64,000 nucleotides of DNA from Candidatus Nomurabacteria bacterium (GTDB lineage: Bacteria > Patescibacteriota > Patescibacteriia > Magasanikbacterales > UBA922): NCBI GenBank assembly GCA_020632445.1, contig JACKFN010000001.1:11975-75974 (forward strand). Reading direction: 5' to 3'. The stretch's first letter is position 1, and each line of letters opens with the position of its first letter. Under the pieces are notes generated by a model. It searched no databases and had not been told where the DNA came from. It saw only the letters and a list, made by a program, of their open reading frames with translations. A program made the translations under genes and the position numbers. Below are positions 41,400 to 51,702 of the stretch, one piece after another.

Positions 41400-41786
41400 T
41401 TATCGTACATTATTCATCGTTTGTATAATTTCCTTTAATGGCCGAAGTCCTAGCAAAGCACACTTTAGTCGATTGTGAGTAATCGGAACACCGAGCATTT
41501 GTAAAACGTCCTCATCGGCAAGCTTTTCAAGTTCTTTGATATCCTTTTCAATAAGATGATCCACCAACAATGAAACCCCCGCAGTAGAAATGGCACATCC
41601 TGATGTCTGATGTGCAGCTTCGATGACCTTTCCGTTTTTTACAAGAAGTTCTATATGACAAACATCGCCGCACGATGGATTACTCGCGCTTGCCTCATGC
41701 GAAGGATGATCGAGATGCCCTGCATGGAGAGGACTCCTATACAAATCCAAAATTACTTCCTTGTACATTTGCTCTATATCACTCAT
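41400..41786 (-). CDS. sufU: SufU/IscU-like Fe-S scaffold / sulfur transfer protein.
   Basis: Conserved Cys/Asp/Cys residues: NPSCGD, HQTSGCAIS. Confidence 0.8.
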   Translation of the reverse strand: MSDIEQMYKEVILDLYRSPLHAGHLDHPSHEASASNPSCGDVCHIELLVKNGKVIEAAHQTSGCAISTAGVSLLVDHLIEKDIKELEKLADEDVLQMLGVPITHNRLKCALLGLRPLKEIIQTMNNVR

Positions 41787-42982
41787 ACTTTAAACATTTT
41801 CTTTACTTTTTCAAGCGCAATGATAAGCCTATCGATGTCCTTTTCATCGTTGTATACAGCGACTGACGCGCGTACGATTCCTTCTTCGGTAAATGATCGA
41901 ACAATGGGTGTTGCGCAATGCTGTCCCGACCTTACCGCGATGTTTTCGCTATCAAAGACAGAAGCGACGTCGTGTGAATGTACACCTGTGACACTCAGAG
42001 GAAGCACACCCATTCGCTGCGCAGAAGAAGCATACAGCCTTACGCCACTTACTGAACCCAAAGCTTCTACTGCATACTTTGTCAATGAGATACTGTGCTC
42101 CTTCACCACATCCATCCCGATTTCTTGTAGAAACTCAACGGCTGCGGCAAGACCGATAGCTCCCGCTATGTTTGGAGTGCCTGCTTCAAACTTCATCGGC
42201 AAATCGTTCCAGGCAATGCTATCGTCAGTAAGCATTCCGACCATACCACCACCGTACATGAAAGGGTCCATTTTTGAAAGCAGTGCCCGTTTTCCATACA
42301 GTACACCAATACCGGTCGGGCCATATATCTTGTGACCAGAGAACACGCAAAAATCGCAATCGAGCGCCTTCATACTTAGTGGCATATGAGCCACAGACTG
42401 ACATGCATCTATGATGGTGTACGCCCCAACAGCCCTAGCGCGTTTGATTATGGCGTCCACCGGACTTATTACACCGAGGACATTAGAGACATGTATTATA
42501 GAAACAACTTTGGTATTTTCGTCTATCAGTGTATCCAATGCATCAAGGTCAAGTGCTTGTGACTGATGATCAAAAGGAATTACTCTGAGTCCAAATCCCT
42601 TTCTTTTTGCCATTTCCGCCCAGGGAATGAGGTTGGAATGGTGTTCCATTTGGGTAATAACCACATTTGATTTGGAGTCAATATCCTTACACAAAGAATA
42701 TGCGAGCGTATTAATCCCCTCAGTGGCACCTGAGTTAAAAATAATCTCGTCTTCACGCGCATCGATAAAATCCGCGATGGTCTTGTGAGCCTGCAGATAG
42801 AGGCGAGACGAAGTATCACTCAGTTTGTACGCCCCCCTATGCACATTGGCATTTTGCCTTTGATAAAACTGAGTCACCGTCTTGATAACAGATTGAGGTT
42901 TTTGGGTTGTGGCGGCATTATCAAGATAAACCAGGTCTTTGTAGTTTTTCAAAAGTGGAAATTGATGACGGATATTTTTCAT
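41783..42982 (-). CDS. sufS: Cysteine desulfurase SufS (class V aminotransferase).
   Basis: PLP-lysine region SGHKIYGPTGIGVLYG and a C-terminal active-site cysteine region (RSGQHCA). Confidence 0.9.
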   Translation of the reverse strand: MKNIRHQFPLLKNYKDLVYLDNAATTQKPQSVIKTVTQFYQRQNANVHRGAYKLSDTSSRLYLQAHKTIADFIDAREDEIIFNSGATEGINTLAYSLCKDIDSKSNVVITQMEHHSNLIPWAEMAKRKGFGLRVIPFDHQSQALDLDALDTLIDENTKVVSIIHVSNVLGVISPVDAIIKRARAVGAYTIIDACQSVAHMPLSMKALDCDFCVFSGHKIYGPTGIGVLYGKRALLSKMDPFMYGGGMVGMLTDDSIAWNDLPMKFEAGTPNIAGAIGLAAAVEFLQEIGMDVVKEHSISLTKYAVEALGSVSGVRLYASSAQRMGVLPLSVTGVHSHDVASVFDSENIAVRSGQHCATPIVRSFTEEGIVRASVAVYNDEKDIDRLIIALEKVKKMFKV

Positions 42983-42985
42983 AAA

Positions 42986-43975
42986 TCATTCAATGACTAA
43001 CATGCACTTTGGCATCTTTTCAAGAACTTGTTGGAGATGTCCTTTTTCCAAAAGGGATTTCGCCTCTTCTTCACTCATGCCTCGTGAAGTAAGATAGAAA
43101 ATATGTTCCTGCTTATATTTGGTAATGCTGACTCCATGTGAACATTGTACATCATGGCACGAAACGTTCAGGCTTGGCACGGCATCAACCTCGCTCTGAG
43201 CACTGAGTTGCAAAAAATCTGCCTTCTGGTGTCCTAAAGCTTTTTTACTCCCGCGTGGTATTACGATATCACTTTTGTAAATAATTTTTGATGAATCTTT
43301 TGCAACTCCGGCACAGCCTATTCTTGATGAAGTCAGCGCTCCATTGTGGATGGCTTGGTGGTCAATATCCACCACTCCCAAACCGCATGTCTTTATTCCC
43401 GAACGTATGGTCGCTTGTGCACCCGGCTGTTGAAGATAAGAAACTGTCTTAGCTACAATATGATCTGAAGTATCATAATACTCATTCCATGCCAGTGTAG
43501 CTGATGCTAGAACCTTCCCACGATGCGTGGTTTCAATTTGCTCAGCCTCTACTGCGCGAAGACACCGAGAATACTCGACAGTAGCCCCTGCCATAACAAC
43601 GACATCTACCTGCAACTGACAAATATCAGTTGCTTCGACTGTTTCGTGTATAGTGAGATGGGTATCGCGGTCTACAGCAATGAGCAAATAGCCACTTGAA
43701 ACAGCTTTTGAAAGCAGCTTCAAGTCGACACTTCCCTTTTGATCTCGACCAACATACAAAAAATGTCGTGATTCGAACTTCTTTGGTTCTTCATAGAAAT
43801 GTTCATTATTCTTGATGAACTTGGCAAATTTATGAATCGCACCAGCCTGGTACATTGGAAAAAATTCGTACTCAAATCCATCGGAATTTACATCCACATC
43901 AAAACCTGATACATACGATGCACGCTGTATAACATTGGCTATTCCGATCCCATATTTTCTCGTTTCCGTTGTCAT
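42986..43975 (-). CDS. sufD: SufD-like Fe-S assembly protein (SufB/D family, short).
   Basis: C-terminal beta-helix region with SufBD-family similarity. Position between sufB and sufS. Confidence 0.65.
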   Translation of the reverse strand: MTTETRKYGIGIANVIQRASYVSGFDVDVNSDGFEYEFFPMYQAGAIHKFAKFIKNNEHFYEEPKKFESRHFLYVGRDQKGSVDLKLLSKAVSSGYLLIAVDRDTHLTIHETVEATDICQLQVDVVVMAGATVEYSRCLRAVEAEQIETTHRGKVLASATLAWNEYYDTSDHIVAKTVSYLQQPGAQATIRSGIKTCGLGVVDIDHQAIHNGALTSSRIGCAGVAKDSSKIIYKSDIVIPRGSKKALGHQKADFLQLSAQSEVDAVPSLNVSCHDVQCSHGVSITKYKQEHIFYLTSRGMSEEEAKSLLEKGHLQQVLEKMPKCMLVIE

Positions 43976-44619
43976 AAATATTCTTGTGCAAGCTTAATCG
44001 CATGCGCATAGAGTTCCTCTTGTGACCCAGCTATGTAAGTATCCTTCAAAAACTCTTGTGAGTAGTCTATTATTGTTTTTATGGAGAGCTCATCGATATT
44101 CCGTACCGCAAACAAATACCTATAATTCTCCGGTGTTATCTGTGTATAACTGACATTGGCATACATGTCAGCAATTGATTTTTGATGGATTTCTATCGAG
44201 TTTGCAGGCTCATTGCACGGATTCTTTTTACTTACAAGCCATGTGGAAAACATTTCTGTATCGACAAAGCGCACATTATGCAAATCTTGAACCAACTTTA
44301 GCGCTGACGATCGATGCCACCACTCGATAATATTACTCTCTTTGGAGACACCATCAAAAACTCTCAAATACTTTTGTGTTCTTGCTATGTTAAACACTTT
44401 GTCACATAATAGATGAATAAACCACCCTCTCTCAAAGTCATCTGAAGAATGCTGCAGCTTTTTCTCAAGTACAGCGCTATGAGTTTGCTCTCTTTTTATA
44501 CCAGAGACGTACCGACTGTCAGGATAGACAGTCCCAGACAAATACTCCGAAATATCCTTTGCACCCAAATGTTCCTTGTGATCAAGTGCAAAGCGAATGT
44601 GTGTTGCATCAAGTGACAT
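43972..44619 (-). CDS. Hypothetical protein inserted in the suf operon, with possible His/Asp metal-binding motifs.
   Basis: 215 aa, not hydrophobic. Motifs THIRFALDHKEH and GWFIHLLCD. Translationally coupled to sufD by a 4-nt overlap. Confidence 0.45.
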   Translation of the reverse strand: MSLDATHIRFALDHKEHLGAKDISEYLSGTVYPDSRYVSGIKREQTHSAVLEKKLQHSSDDFERGWFIHLLCDKVFNIARTQKYLRVFDGVSKESNIIEWWHRSSALKLVQDLHNVRFVDTEMFSTWLVSKKNPCNEPANSIEIHQKSIADMYANVSYTQITPENYRYLFAVRNIDELSIKTIIDYSQEFLKDTYIAGSQEELYAHAIKLAQEYL

Positions 44620-44630
44620 AGCGAGAAATA

Positions 44631-46055
44631 TTATCCAATGGCTCCTTCCATTTCGAGCTCAATGAGTTTATTCAGTTCCAGGGCATATTCAAGTGGAAGT
44701 GATTTCACAATAGGTTCTATGAAACCAGACACCACCATCTGCATAGCTTGCTCTTGTGTAAGTCCTCGACTCATCAAATAGAATATCTCATCGTCGCCAA
44801 TTTTTCCAACCCTTGCCTCATGTGCTACGTCAACCTCACTATTTTCAATCTTCATAAAAGGATGCGTCACAGACGCAGAACCGTCATCAATCAAAAGTGC
44901 GTCACACTCAACAGACACTGCTGAGTTTGTGGCCCCTTTGGTTACCTTTACATACCCCCGATAAGTACTTTTTCCACCTTGAGCTGAAATAGACTTAGCA
45001 CGAATGGTTGATTTGGTATCTGGAGCTACGTGAATGGCCTTCGCTCCAGTATCTTGATCCTGCCCCTCTCCTGCAAATGCAATACCCAAACTGTCTGATC
45101 GGGCTCCCCTCCCACGCAAAATTGATGAGGGATACAACATGGTAGTACCGCTACCCATATTTCCGTTGATCCACTCTACCGTCGCATTTTCATCTACAAG
45201 CGCTCGTTTTGTATTAAGGTTGTAAGTATTCTTTGACCAATTTTCTATTGAATAATATCGCGCTCGAGCATTTTTGTGCACAAATATCTCAACACATCCC
45301 GCATGAAGGGAATTTGTGGTGTATCGAGGGGCACTACAACCTTCGATATACTGAATCTCAGCTCCCTCATCAACAATGATAAGCGTATGTTCAAACTGCC
45401 CACCGGATTCGGCATTCATGCGAAAATACGCCTGCAGCGGAAGTTCAACCTTAACATTTTGGGGTACATAGATAAACGTTCCTCCAGACCACACAGCGCC
45501 GTGTAGCATAACAAACTTGTGATCATTAATAGGAACACACTGTGTCATGAAATACTTCTTCACCAAATCCTCATGTTCACGAAGTGCCACGTCCATGTTC
45601 TCAAAAATAACCCCTTCTTTTTTGAGAACATCCTTAATGTTGTGATACACGACATCACTATCATATTGGGCCCCGACGCCAGCAAGCGCCTCACGTTCCG
45701 CCTCGGGAATACCGAGCCTTTCAAATGTGCTTTTAATCTCATCCGGGACATCATCCCAAGATTGACTTTCTTTTGCATCGGGTCGAACAAAGTAAACAAT
45801 TTTATCTAAGTCCAAGTTACTCAAATCTGGCCCCCAACTCGGCATTGGTGCTTGCTCAAAGTACTCCAATGCTTTGAGACGTTTCTCCAGCATCCAGCTT
45901 GGCTCATTCTTTTGCTTTGAAATTTCACGAACAACTTGCTCGCTTAAACCAGGTAAACTTTTGTATGCTGAAGTATCTTTGTTGGCATCGTCATACAAAG
46001 ATCGATCAATTTCAAAATGCAATGTGTTTTTAGGCTTTGCTCTGGTTTTAGGCAT
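44631..46055 (-). CDS. sufB: Fe-S cluster assembly scaffold SufB.
   Basis: 474 aa with strong SufB similarity throughout, for example GAVWSGGTFIYVP. Confidence 0.9.
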   Translation of the reverse strand: MPKTRAKPKNTLHFEIDRSLYDDANKDTSAYKSLPGLSEQVVREISKQKNEPSWMLEKRLKALEYFEQAPMPSWGPDLSNLDLDKIVYFVRPDAKESQSWDDVPDEIKSTFERLGIPEAEREALAGVGAQYDSDVVYHNIKDVLKKEGVIFENMDVALREHEDLVKKYFMTQCVPINDHKFVMLHGAVWSGGTFIYVPQNVKVELPLQAYFRMNAESGGQFEHTLIIVDEGAEIQYIEGCSAPRYTTNSLHAGCVEIFVHKNARARYYSIENWSKNTYNLNTKRALVDENATVEWINGNMGSGTTMLYPSSILRGRGARSDSLGIAFAGEGQDQDTGAKAIHVAPDTKSTIRAKSISAQGGKSTYRGYVKVTKGATNSAVSVECDALLIDDGSASVTHPFMKIENSEVDVAHEARVGKIGDDEIFYLMSRGLTQEQAMQMVVSGFIEPIVKSLPLEYALELNKLIELEMEGAIG

Positions 46056-47238
46056 ACAACAACTTTTTTACCTTCTTAAATGCCCTAAGCGCTCTTTTTA
46101 CCTCAGAGAGTGTATTCTGTTTTCCAAAAGTTATTCGGATACTTGACTTGGCTTGTTCTGGTGTCATACCAATTGCTGTGAGCACATGAGAAGTTTCATC
46201 AGAAAACGCCGTACAAGCTGAACCAAGTCCAACGACAACTCCTTGTGCGTCAAGATAAATAGCAAGCTGCTCACCATCCACCCCAGGGAAACTTACATGA
46301 AGGTTATTTGCTGCTCGATGCTCTCCCCCTATTTCCGGACCATTCACTTGAACATCGGGAAAAAGTTCCCGAAGTCCTTTCAAAAATACTTGAGAAAGAC
46401 GCAGCATTTTCTTTCTATGTGTTTTGACTCGATCTTGTGCCATGACAAATGACTGCGAAAATGCAGCAATTCTGGCGACGTCCTGAGTGCCAGGAACAAT
46501 CCCCTGTTGCTGACCACCTCCATACTCTATTGGTGCAAATGGAACATTTCTTCTTTTATACAAAAGACCAGTGCCCCTAGGGGCATGCATCTTACTCCCA
46601 TTGAGGCAAAGCAAATCTACATGAAGCTTTTCTACTTGCAATTCCAACTCACTTGGAGCCTGACAGGCATCACTATGAAAGTACGGAAAAGGAGTATTGT
46701 TTGACTTTCTCTGCTTTAGAATTTCACGACCAATCACGTCAATCTTCTCTATGGTACCAATTTCATTGTTCACCATCATAATGCTTACCAAAACAGTTTC
46801 TGGTCGAATGGCAGCCATAATATGCTCTGCGGACACCAGACCTTCACGGTCTACTCCTACCTCAGTGAGAGTAATCCGATCCTGACTCTCGAGCTCTCGA
46901 AGCGTATTGCGCACCGCAGAGTGCTCAATATTGGTGGTAACTACGTGAGGAGTCTTTGCATGGTGTTTCACCGCATCGCTCTGAAGAAAACCTTGCAGCG
47001 CAAGATTGATGCTGTGAGTCCCACTATGGGTAAAAAAAAGGGTGTCTTCCTGTGTGTGTAAAAGTCCTGCTATGGTTTTTTTGCAGTCTCGAATAAATTC
47101 CGCTGCCTTTTGTGCACCCAAAGAAAGCCCTGATGGATTAGCGAAGTACTTACGCTCGACACTTACCACCAAATTCTGTATCCCCCTATCCACGAGAGTT
47201 GCCGCTGCATTGTCAAAATAGATGCTTTTTTTACGCAT
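46048..47238 (-). CDS. Second cysteine desulfurase (NifS/IscS-like class V aminotransferase).
   Basis: YFDNAAAT N-terminus and a PLP-Lys motif LNGSKMHAPRG. C-terminal …GSACT… region. Confidence 0.8.
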   Translation of the reverse strand: MRKKSIYFDNAAATLVDRGIQNLVVSVERKYFANPSGLSLGAQKAAEFIRDCKKTIAGLLHTQEDTLFFTHSGTHSINLALQGFLQSDAVKHHAKTPHVVTTNIEHSAVRNTLRELESQDRITLTEVGVDREGLVSAEHIMAAIRPETVLVSIMMVNNEIGTIEKIDVIGREILKQRKSNNTPFPYFHSDACQAPSELELQVEKLHVDLLCLNGSKMHAPRGTGLLYKRRNVPFAPIEYGGGQQQGIVPGTQDVARIAAFSQSFVMAQDRVKTHRKKMLRLSQVFLKGLRELFPDVQVNGPEIGGEHRAANNLHVSFPGVDGEQLAIYLDAQGVVVGLGSACTAFSDETSHVLTAIGMTPEQAKSSIRITFGKQNTLSEVKRALRAFKKVKKLLYA

Positions 47239-47644
47239 ACGTCTTGTGTTCAAAAAAATCCTGTACTGAAGTGCTATCAAGAATAGCAATTATTTGACCG
47301 TTAATACGTTCAAAACCTTTTCGGGCACTGCAACCTTTTTCACTTTTACAACTATTGTTCTTTTTGAGACAATGAGTTACGCCAATTTTCCCTTCAATCG
47401 CGTGAACAACATCTGACAGATGAATATTCTTCGTTGGACGAGTGAGCAAGTACCCGCCACCCTTTCCTCGAATAGATTGGATCAGCCCTGCCACCCGCAA
47501 CTGCCTTGCAACCTTTTGCAAAATAGGGATGGATATGGTACTCTCCTGTGAGAAATCACTCAAACTCAAGCAATGACCGTCTTGATCAGAGAGTCCCTTG
47601 AGGAGTTGCAGAGCATAGTCGGTTTCACGGGTAAAGTGAAGCAT
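47231..47644 (-). CDS. iscR: Rrf2-family transcriptional regulator (IscR-like) with a Cys cluster.
   Basis: wHTH N-terminus, then C…C…C (CLKKNNSCKSEKGC). First gene of the Fe-S locus. Confidence 0.75.
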   Translation of the reverse strand: MLHFTRETDYALQLLKGLSDQDGHCLSLSDFSQESTISIPILQKVARQLRVAGLIQSIRGKGGGYLLTRPTKNIHLSDVVHAIEGKIGVTHCLKKNNSCKSEKGCSARKGFERINGQIIAILDSTSVQDFFEHKTYA

Positions 47645-47653
47645 ATTGCTAAA

Positions 47654-47674
47654 ATCATACTTTTCCAGTATGAT
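47654..47674. promoter_or_regulatory. Perfect 8-bp inverted repeat in the iscR/FNR divergent intergenic region, a candidate Rrf2 operator.
   Basis: ATCATACT-tttcc-AGTATGAT. Confidence 0.4.
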
Positions 47675-47704
47675 ATCAAAATGTTACTTCTTTGTCAAGG
47701 AAAA

Positions 47705-48397
47705 ATGCTAGTTTTTATGCCTAAAATTACACAAAAAAAGATGCTTACCCAGGATATGCTGGAATTGCATCTCGAAAAGCCTGAAGGACTTGACTATCAA
47801 GCTGGTCAATTTGTCCAATTTGAAATTCCTGTTGAGGGACAAATTGTGAAAAGGTCCTACTCTCTTGCTTCAACACCATCGGATGAAGACCTTTCTTTTT
47901 GCATTAAGATCCTTCCACAGCAGCTCAATGGTCCTGCCTCTGCCTATTTGCCGACTTTAAGTGTTGGCGATGAAATAGCAATAGGTCCTGTACGTGGACG
48001 TTTTTGTGTATCAGAACCCTCAGATCTGGTTCTCATCGCAACAGGGGCTGGTATTGCGCCCATTATTGGCATAGTCCGAGACGAACTTGAAAATAGGGGT
48101 ACACCTAAAAATGTGTATCTTTTGTTTGGACTTAGACATGAAGATGATGTTTTTTGGAAAGATGTATTCGACCAATTAGTGGAGCGCTACCCAAATTTTC
48201 ATTACACCCTTACCCTTTCTCGACCAAGCGATACGTGGACAGGAACTCGTGGACGGGTAACTGACCACGTGCAAAACCATATCGATAATGATGCCAAGTA
48301 CTTTTTGTGCGGCAGTCCAAACATGGTAAAAGATGTAAGAAGCTTTCTCGTTGAACAAAAAGTAGATCCAAAAAAGATCCATTTTGAAATATTTTAA
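47705..48397 (+). CDS. Ferredoxin-NADP reductase-family oxidoreductase (FAD/NAD(P)-binding).
   Basis: RSYSLAS (RxYS FAD motif), GAGIAP NAD(P) motif, and a C-terminal aromatic. The start is chosen to avoid overlap with iscR. Confidence 0.7.
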   Translation: MLVFMPKITQKKMLTQDMLELHLEKPEGLDYQAGQFVQFEIPVEGQIVKRSYSLASTPSDEDLSFCIKILPQQLNGPASAYLPTLSVGDEIAIGPVRGRFCVSEPSDLVLIATGAGIAPIIGIVRDELENRGTPKNVYLLFGLRHEDDVFWKDVFDQLVERYPNFHYTLTLSRPSDTWTGTRGRVTDHVQNHIDNDAKYFLCGSPNMVKDVRSFLVEQKVDPKKIHFEIF

Positions 48398-48408
48398 TGG
48401 TCTAGCCA

Positions 48409-49107
48409 CTATCTTAAACCATGCTTTTGCTGGATTATCCGCTGCGCCTCCTTATACGCTTCAACCTTACCTCGAAAACCTGGCAGAGAGCAAAATGGAG
48501 GGCTATATGCCCACTTGGGGAGCCATGCACTGATTCCCTTTCTTTGTGGCATCGCTGTGAAGAGGTATTCATTTATCCAAATCCCATGCTTTCCCCTTTC
48601 GTAAAGTGAAAGCCACAAATCCCAATCCTGAAACCGATTGAGTGACTCGTCAAAACCCACAAAATCCTTTGACCGAATGAGTGACATGGTAGAAATAAAG
48701 TTTCTTTGGGCAAGCACAGATGGATCAAATGCCTGAGCAGGCATTTTTTTTCTTCCAAGGTAATAATTACAGTACGCATAAGATGCTTTTTTTTTCACCT
48801 CAAGCGTTGCATGCATGTGTTTGAGCATCTGTGGTTTTGCCAGCACATCGGCATCATAGAAAAAAACATATTCCCCTCTTGCTTCTTTGAAACCGGCATT
48901 GCGCGCGGCGGCGGCCCCGGCGTTGTCCTGACGAATGAGCTTTCTTGTCTGCGTCTGCTCGAACTCAATTGGTTCATTACTCCCGTCGTCAACAACAATG
49001 ATTTCCTTATTTTTGTAAATCTGTTTGTCTAAAGAGTACAATGCCAACGAAAGGGACTTCCGCTGATTGTATACAGGTATAATTATTGAAATAAGTCCTT
49101 TTTCCAT
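48409..49107 (-). CDS. Family 2 glycosyltransferase.
   Basis: ISIIIPVYNQ…VVDDGSNE…DAD (DxD). Confidence 0.8.
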   Translation of the reverse strand: MEKGLISIIIPVYNQRKSLSLALYSLDKQIYKNKEIIVVDDGSNEPIEFEQTQTRKLIRQDNAGAAAARNAGFKEARGEYVFFYDADVLAKPQMLKHMHATLEVKKKASYAYCNYYLGRKKMPAQAFDPSVLAQRNFISTMSLIRSKDFVGFDESLNRFQDWDLWLSLYERGKHGIWINEYLFTAMPQRKGISAWLPKWAYSPPFCSLPGFRGKVEAYKEAQRIIQQKHGLR

Positions 49108-49111
49108 GGGG

Positions 49112-50245
49112 TTACTTCATCCACTGATCAAGCTTGGCGAGCTGATGATCCCAATGAAACTCATCACGTACCCGAAGTTGGGCTGCTTTACCCAGTCTAT
49201 CAGCATAATCAATATCTTCAATGAGCTTCTTGATAGCAGCGGCGACTTGTTGCTCATTGTAGGTGTCCACCACAAGCCCGGTTCTTCCATCTGCAACTGC
49301 CTCCTCGACTCCCCCACTCATACCCGCAATCATTGGAATTCCTGTGGCAGCAGCTTCCAGAAACACTAATCCTAGGCCCTCTTCCATTCCCTGATACGGA
49401 TGCGTCAAAAGAATAAAGAGATCAGAAAGGTAATAGTAAGATTTTATATCGTCATGCGGTACATGACCGACAAAACGAACAATATTTTGAAGCGAGTGCT
49501 TCTTAATAAGATTGATCAAGCTCTGCTTTTGTGAACCTTCGCCGACGATCAACCATACCAAATTCGGCACTTCCTTCAAAATAGCAGGCATGTGCCTCGT
49601 GAGATTGGTAAACCCTTTGCCATGCTCCAGCCGCGCTATTGAAAGAATAACTCTCTTTCCTTCAAGGGCGAGTTGGCTACGAAGCTTAGCAATTTTTTCC
49701 TCTTCTGGAGGGGCAAAAAAGTCAACATCCGGGCAAGGATACAAGACAGTTGAGTGTCCTTCGAGGTCGGGAAATTGCGCGAGTAGTCTTTTATTGAGAG
49801 ATTCACTATTGGTAATAACTTGCTGTGAATTCAGTGCAACTTTCATAGCAAGCTTCTTTTTTCGCTTTTTTTTGCTCGCAGCCGCAATGTCAGTGCCATG
49901 TGAAAACACAAGGTATGGAATACCGAACTTCTTTTTCATCATATAAGCCACATACCCAACAGGCAAAATGTGATGGACCTGTATGAGCTCAATACCATAC
50001 TTCTTTACTAACTTTTTTACGGTGAAGTATAACCGAAGCCAACGTGGCCAGATAAATCTCGGATAATAAAAGTTTGTCCTTTCTACAGTAAACGGATATT
50101 TTTGATCATATTCCTTTTCCTTGGTTTTTGGCGCAAGGACAACAAAATTTTCTGGCGGTAGCTCACCGGCAATCTGTTCAATATAAGTAGAAATTCCTCC
50201 TATAGTTGGCGGAAAATCAAGCGTAATGATGAGAGTATTTTTCAT
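49112..50245 (-). CDS. Family 4 (GT-B) glycosyltransferase.
   Basis: EGLGLVFLEAAATGIPMIA motif (E-x7-E). Confidence 0.8.
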   Translation of the reverse strand: MKNTLIITLDFPPTIGGISTYIEQIAGELPPENFVVLAPKTKEKEYDQKYPFTVERTNFYYPRFIWPRWLRLYFTVKKLVKKYGIELIQVHHILPVGYVAYMMKKKFGIPYLVFSHGTDIAAASKKKRKKKLAMKVALNSQQVITNSESLNKRLLAQFPDLEGHSTVLYPCPDVDFFAPPEEEKIAKLRSQLALEGKRVILSIARLEHGKGFTNLTRHMPAILKEVPNLVWLIVGEGSQKQSLINLIKKHSLQNIVRFVGHVPHDDIKSYYYLSDLFILLTHPYQGMEEGLGLVFLEAAATGIPMIAGMSGGVEEAVADGRTGLVVDTYNEQQVAAAIKKLIEDIDYADRLGKAAQLRVRDEFHWDHQLAKLDQWMK

Positions 50246-50264
50246 AGTATATCTATTTTATCAA

Positions 50265-51686
50265 TTACCTTCTGATGAGTAAATAGAGCTCCTTTATCTG
50301 GTGCTTGGTAACTGTTTGAGTGGCAAAGACAGCCACGATATACGTCAAAGCGCCCGCAAGAATCGATACAGAAAAATGCATATACTGATTGACCCAAAAA
50401 ACCACAAAGGACATGATGAGCGCACACATAAGCGTACGCAGAAAATACGTGAGAATATACGACAAAGATATGTTTGTCACCTTAAGTGCAAAAAACAACC
50501 CGAGGATGGCCAATAAAATATTTCCTAGTGTGGCTGATAGAGCTGCTCCCACCACCCCAAAACGAGGAATAAGCTCGACATTGAGAATAATGTTCACCAC
50601 CATAACAATGGCGATAATAATGGTTTGGGTGACTTGTCTATTACAGGCATTTAAAAATGATCCAATAGGAAAACTTAAGTACGAAAATATCAAGCCAAAA
50701 ATCAAAATTTGAAGTGGTAGAATAGAACCATCGAACTCACTGGTGTAGAGTGTGTGTATTATATCTTGAGAGAGTGTGGCTATACCAAAAGCAATTGGCA
50801 TCGATACCAGTAACAGATATTTCACACCTCTTTCAAAGGTTATCGCAAGCTTTTGTCTGTCTGAGACAAAGTATTCACTAAAGCGCGGGTACAGCGCCGC
50901 AATAAGCGCAAGTGGAACAAATTGAAAGGCAAAAGTTATCTTGTAAGGGATGCTATAAAGACCGACCGCTACCTCGCCCATGAATTTTGAAAGGAGAATA
51001 GAATCAATGTATGAATACAGACGAGCAAAAATCGCAGCAACCGCAAATGGCACGGCAATCCTTGCAAGGAAATGAAAGGACTCCTTATCAAAAGTTGGAC
51101 GGAGCGTAAATCCTTGCCTTTTGAGCATCCAAGAAGCGTACAGAAGATTAAGTGCGCTTGGGAAGGTAAAAGCCGCTATAAGCCAGATAAGCCCAAGCCC
51201 CGAATACACGAAAAATGTACCCAGTACAAGCGTAATGGCCTGGGAAGCCACAATGGCGGCAGACTCATACTGCAGCTGACCACGTGCTCGCAAAATGCCA
51301 TAAAGAGTCAAATGGAGCGTGTCGAGAATCATCGTGACACCCGAGAGGTAAATAAGATGAATAAGTTGTTCATCATACCCAAGCAGATGCGCAGCAAGCG
51401 AACAGGCAATGTAAACAACCACCGCCATAAGCAGTTTAAACGCAAGCAGCGTTGAAAGATATTTTTGGGCTCGATCCATTTGGCGAGCAGCTTCTCTTAC
51501 GAGTACACTCGTAAAACCAAGGTCTATAAAGATAACAAATATGGTAGTAAACGACAACGCCAAAAAGTAGCGACCGATGTCCTCTGTTCCAAGCTGCCTT
51601 GCCAAAAAGGTGAAATACAAAAAAGCAATGATCTTTTGACCAACGCTTGCAACCGTCATGAATGTGGCGTTTTTTGCGACCGACAT
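50265..51686 (-). CDS. Polysaccharide biosynthesis protein / Wzx-like flippase (MOP superfamily).
   Basis: 473 aa with about 12-14 transmembrane segments, typical of Wzx. Confidence 0.7.
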   Translation of the reverse strand: MSVAKNATFMTVASVGQKIIAFLYFTFLARQLGTEDIGRYFLALSFTTIFVIFIDLGFTSVLVREAARQMDRAQKYLSTLLAFKLLMAVVVYIACSLAAHLLGYDEQLIHLIYLSGVTMILDTLHLTLYGILRARGQLQYESAAIVASQAITLVLGTFFVYSGLGLIWLIAAFTFPSALNLLYASWMLKRQGFTLRPTFDKESFHFLARIAVPFAVAAIFARLYSYIDSILLSKFMGEVAVGLYSIPYKITFAFQFVPLALIAALYPRFSEYFVSDRQKLAITFERGVKYLLLVSMPIAFGIATLSQDIIHTLYTSEFDGSILPLQILIFGLIFSYLSFPIGSFLNACNRQVTQTIIIAIVMVVNIILNVELIPRFGVVGAALSATLGNILLAILGLFFALKVTNISLSYILTYFLRTLMCALIMSFVVFWVNQYMHFSVSILAGALTYIVAVFATQTVTKHQIKELYLLIRR

Positions 51687-51702
51687 GTGACTATTTTACC
51701 CT

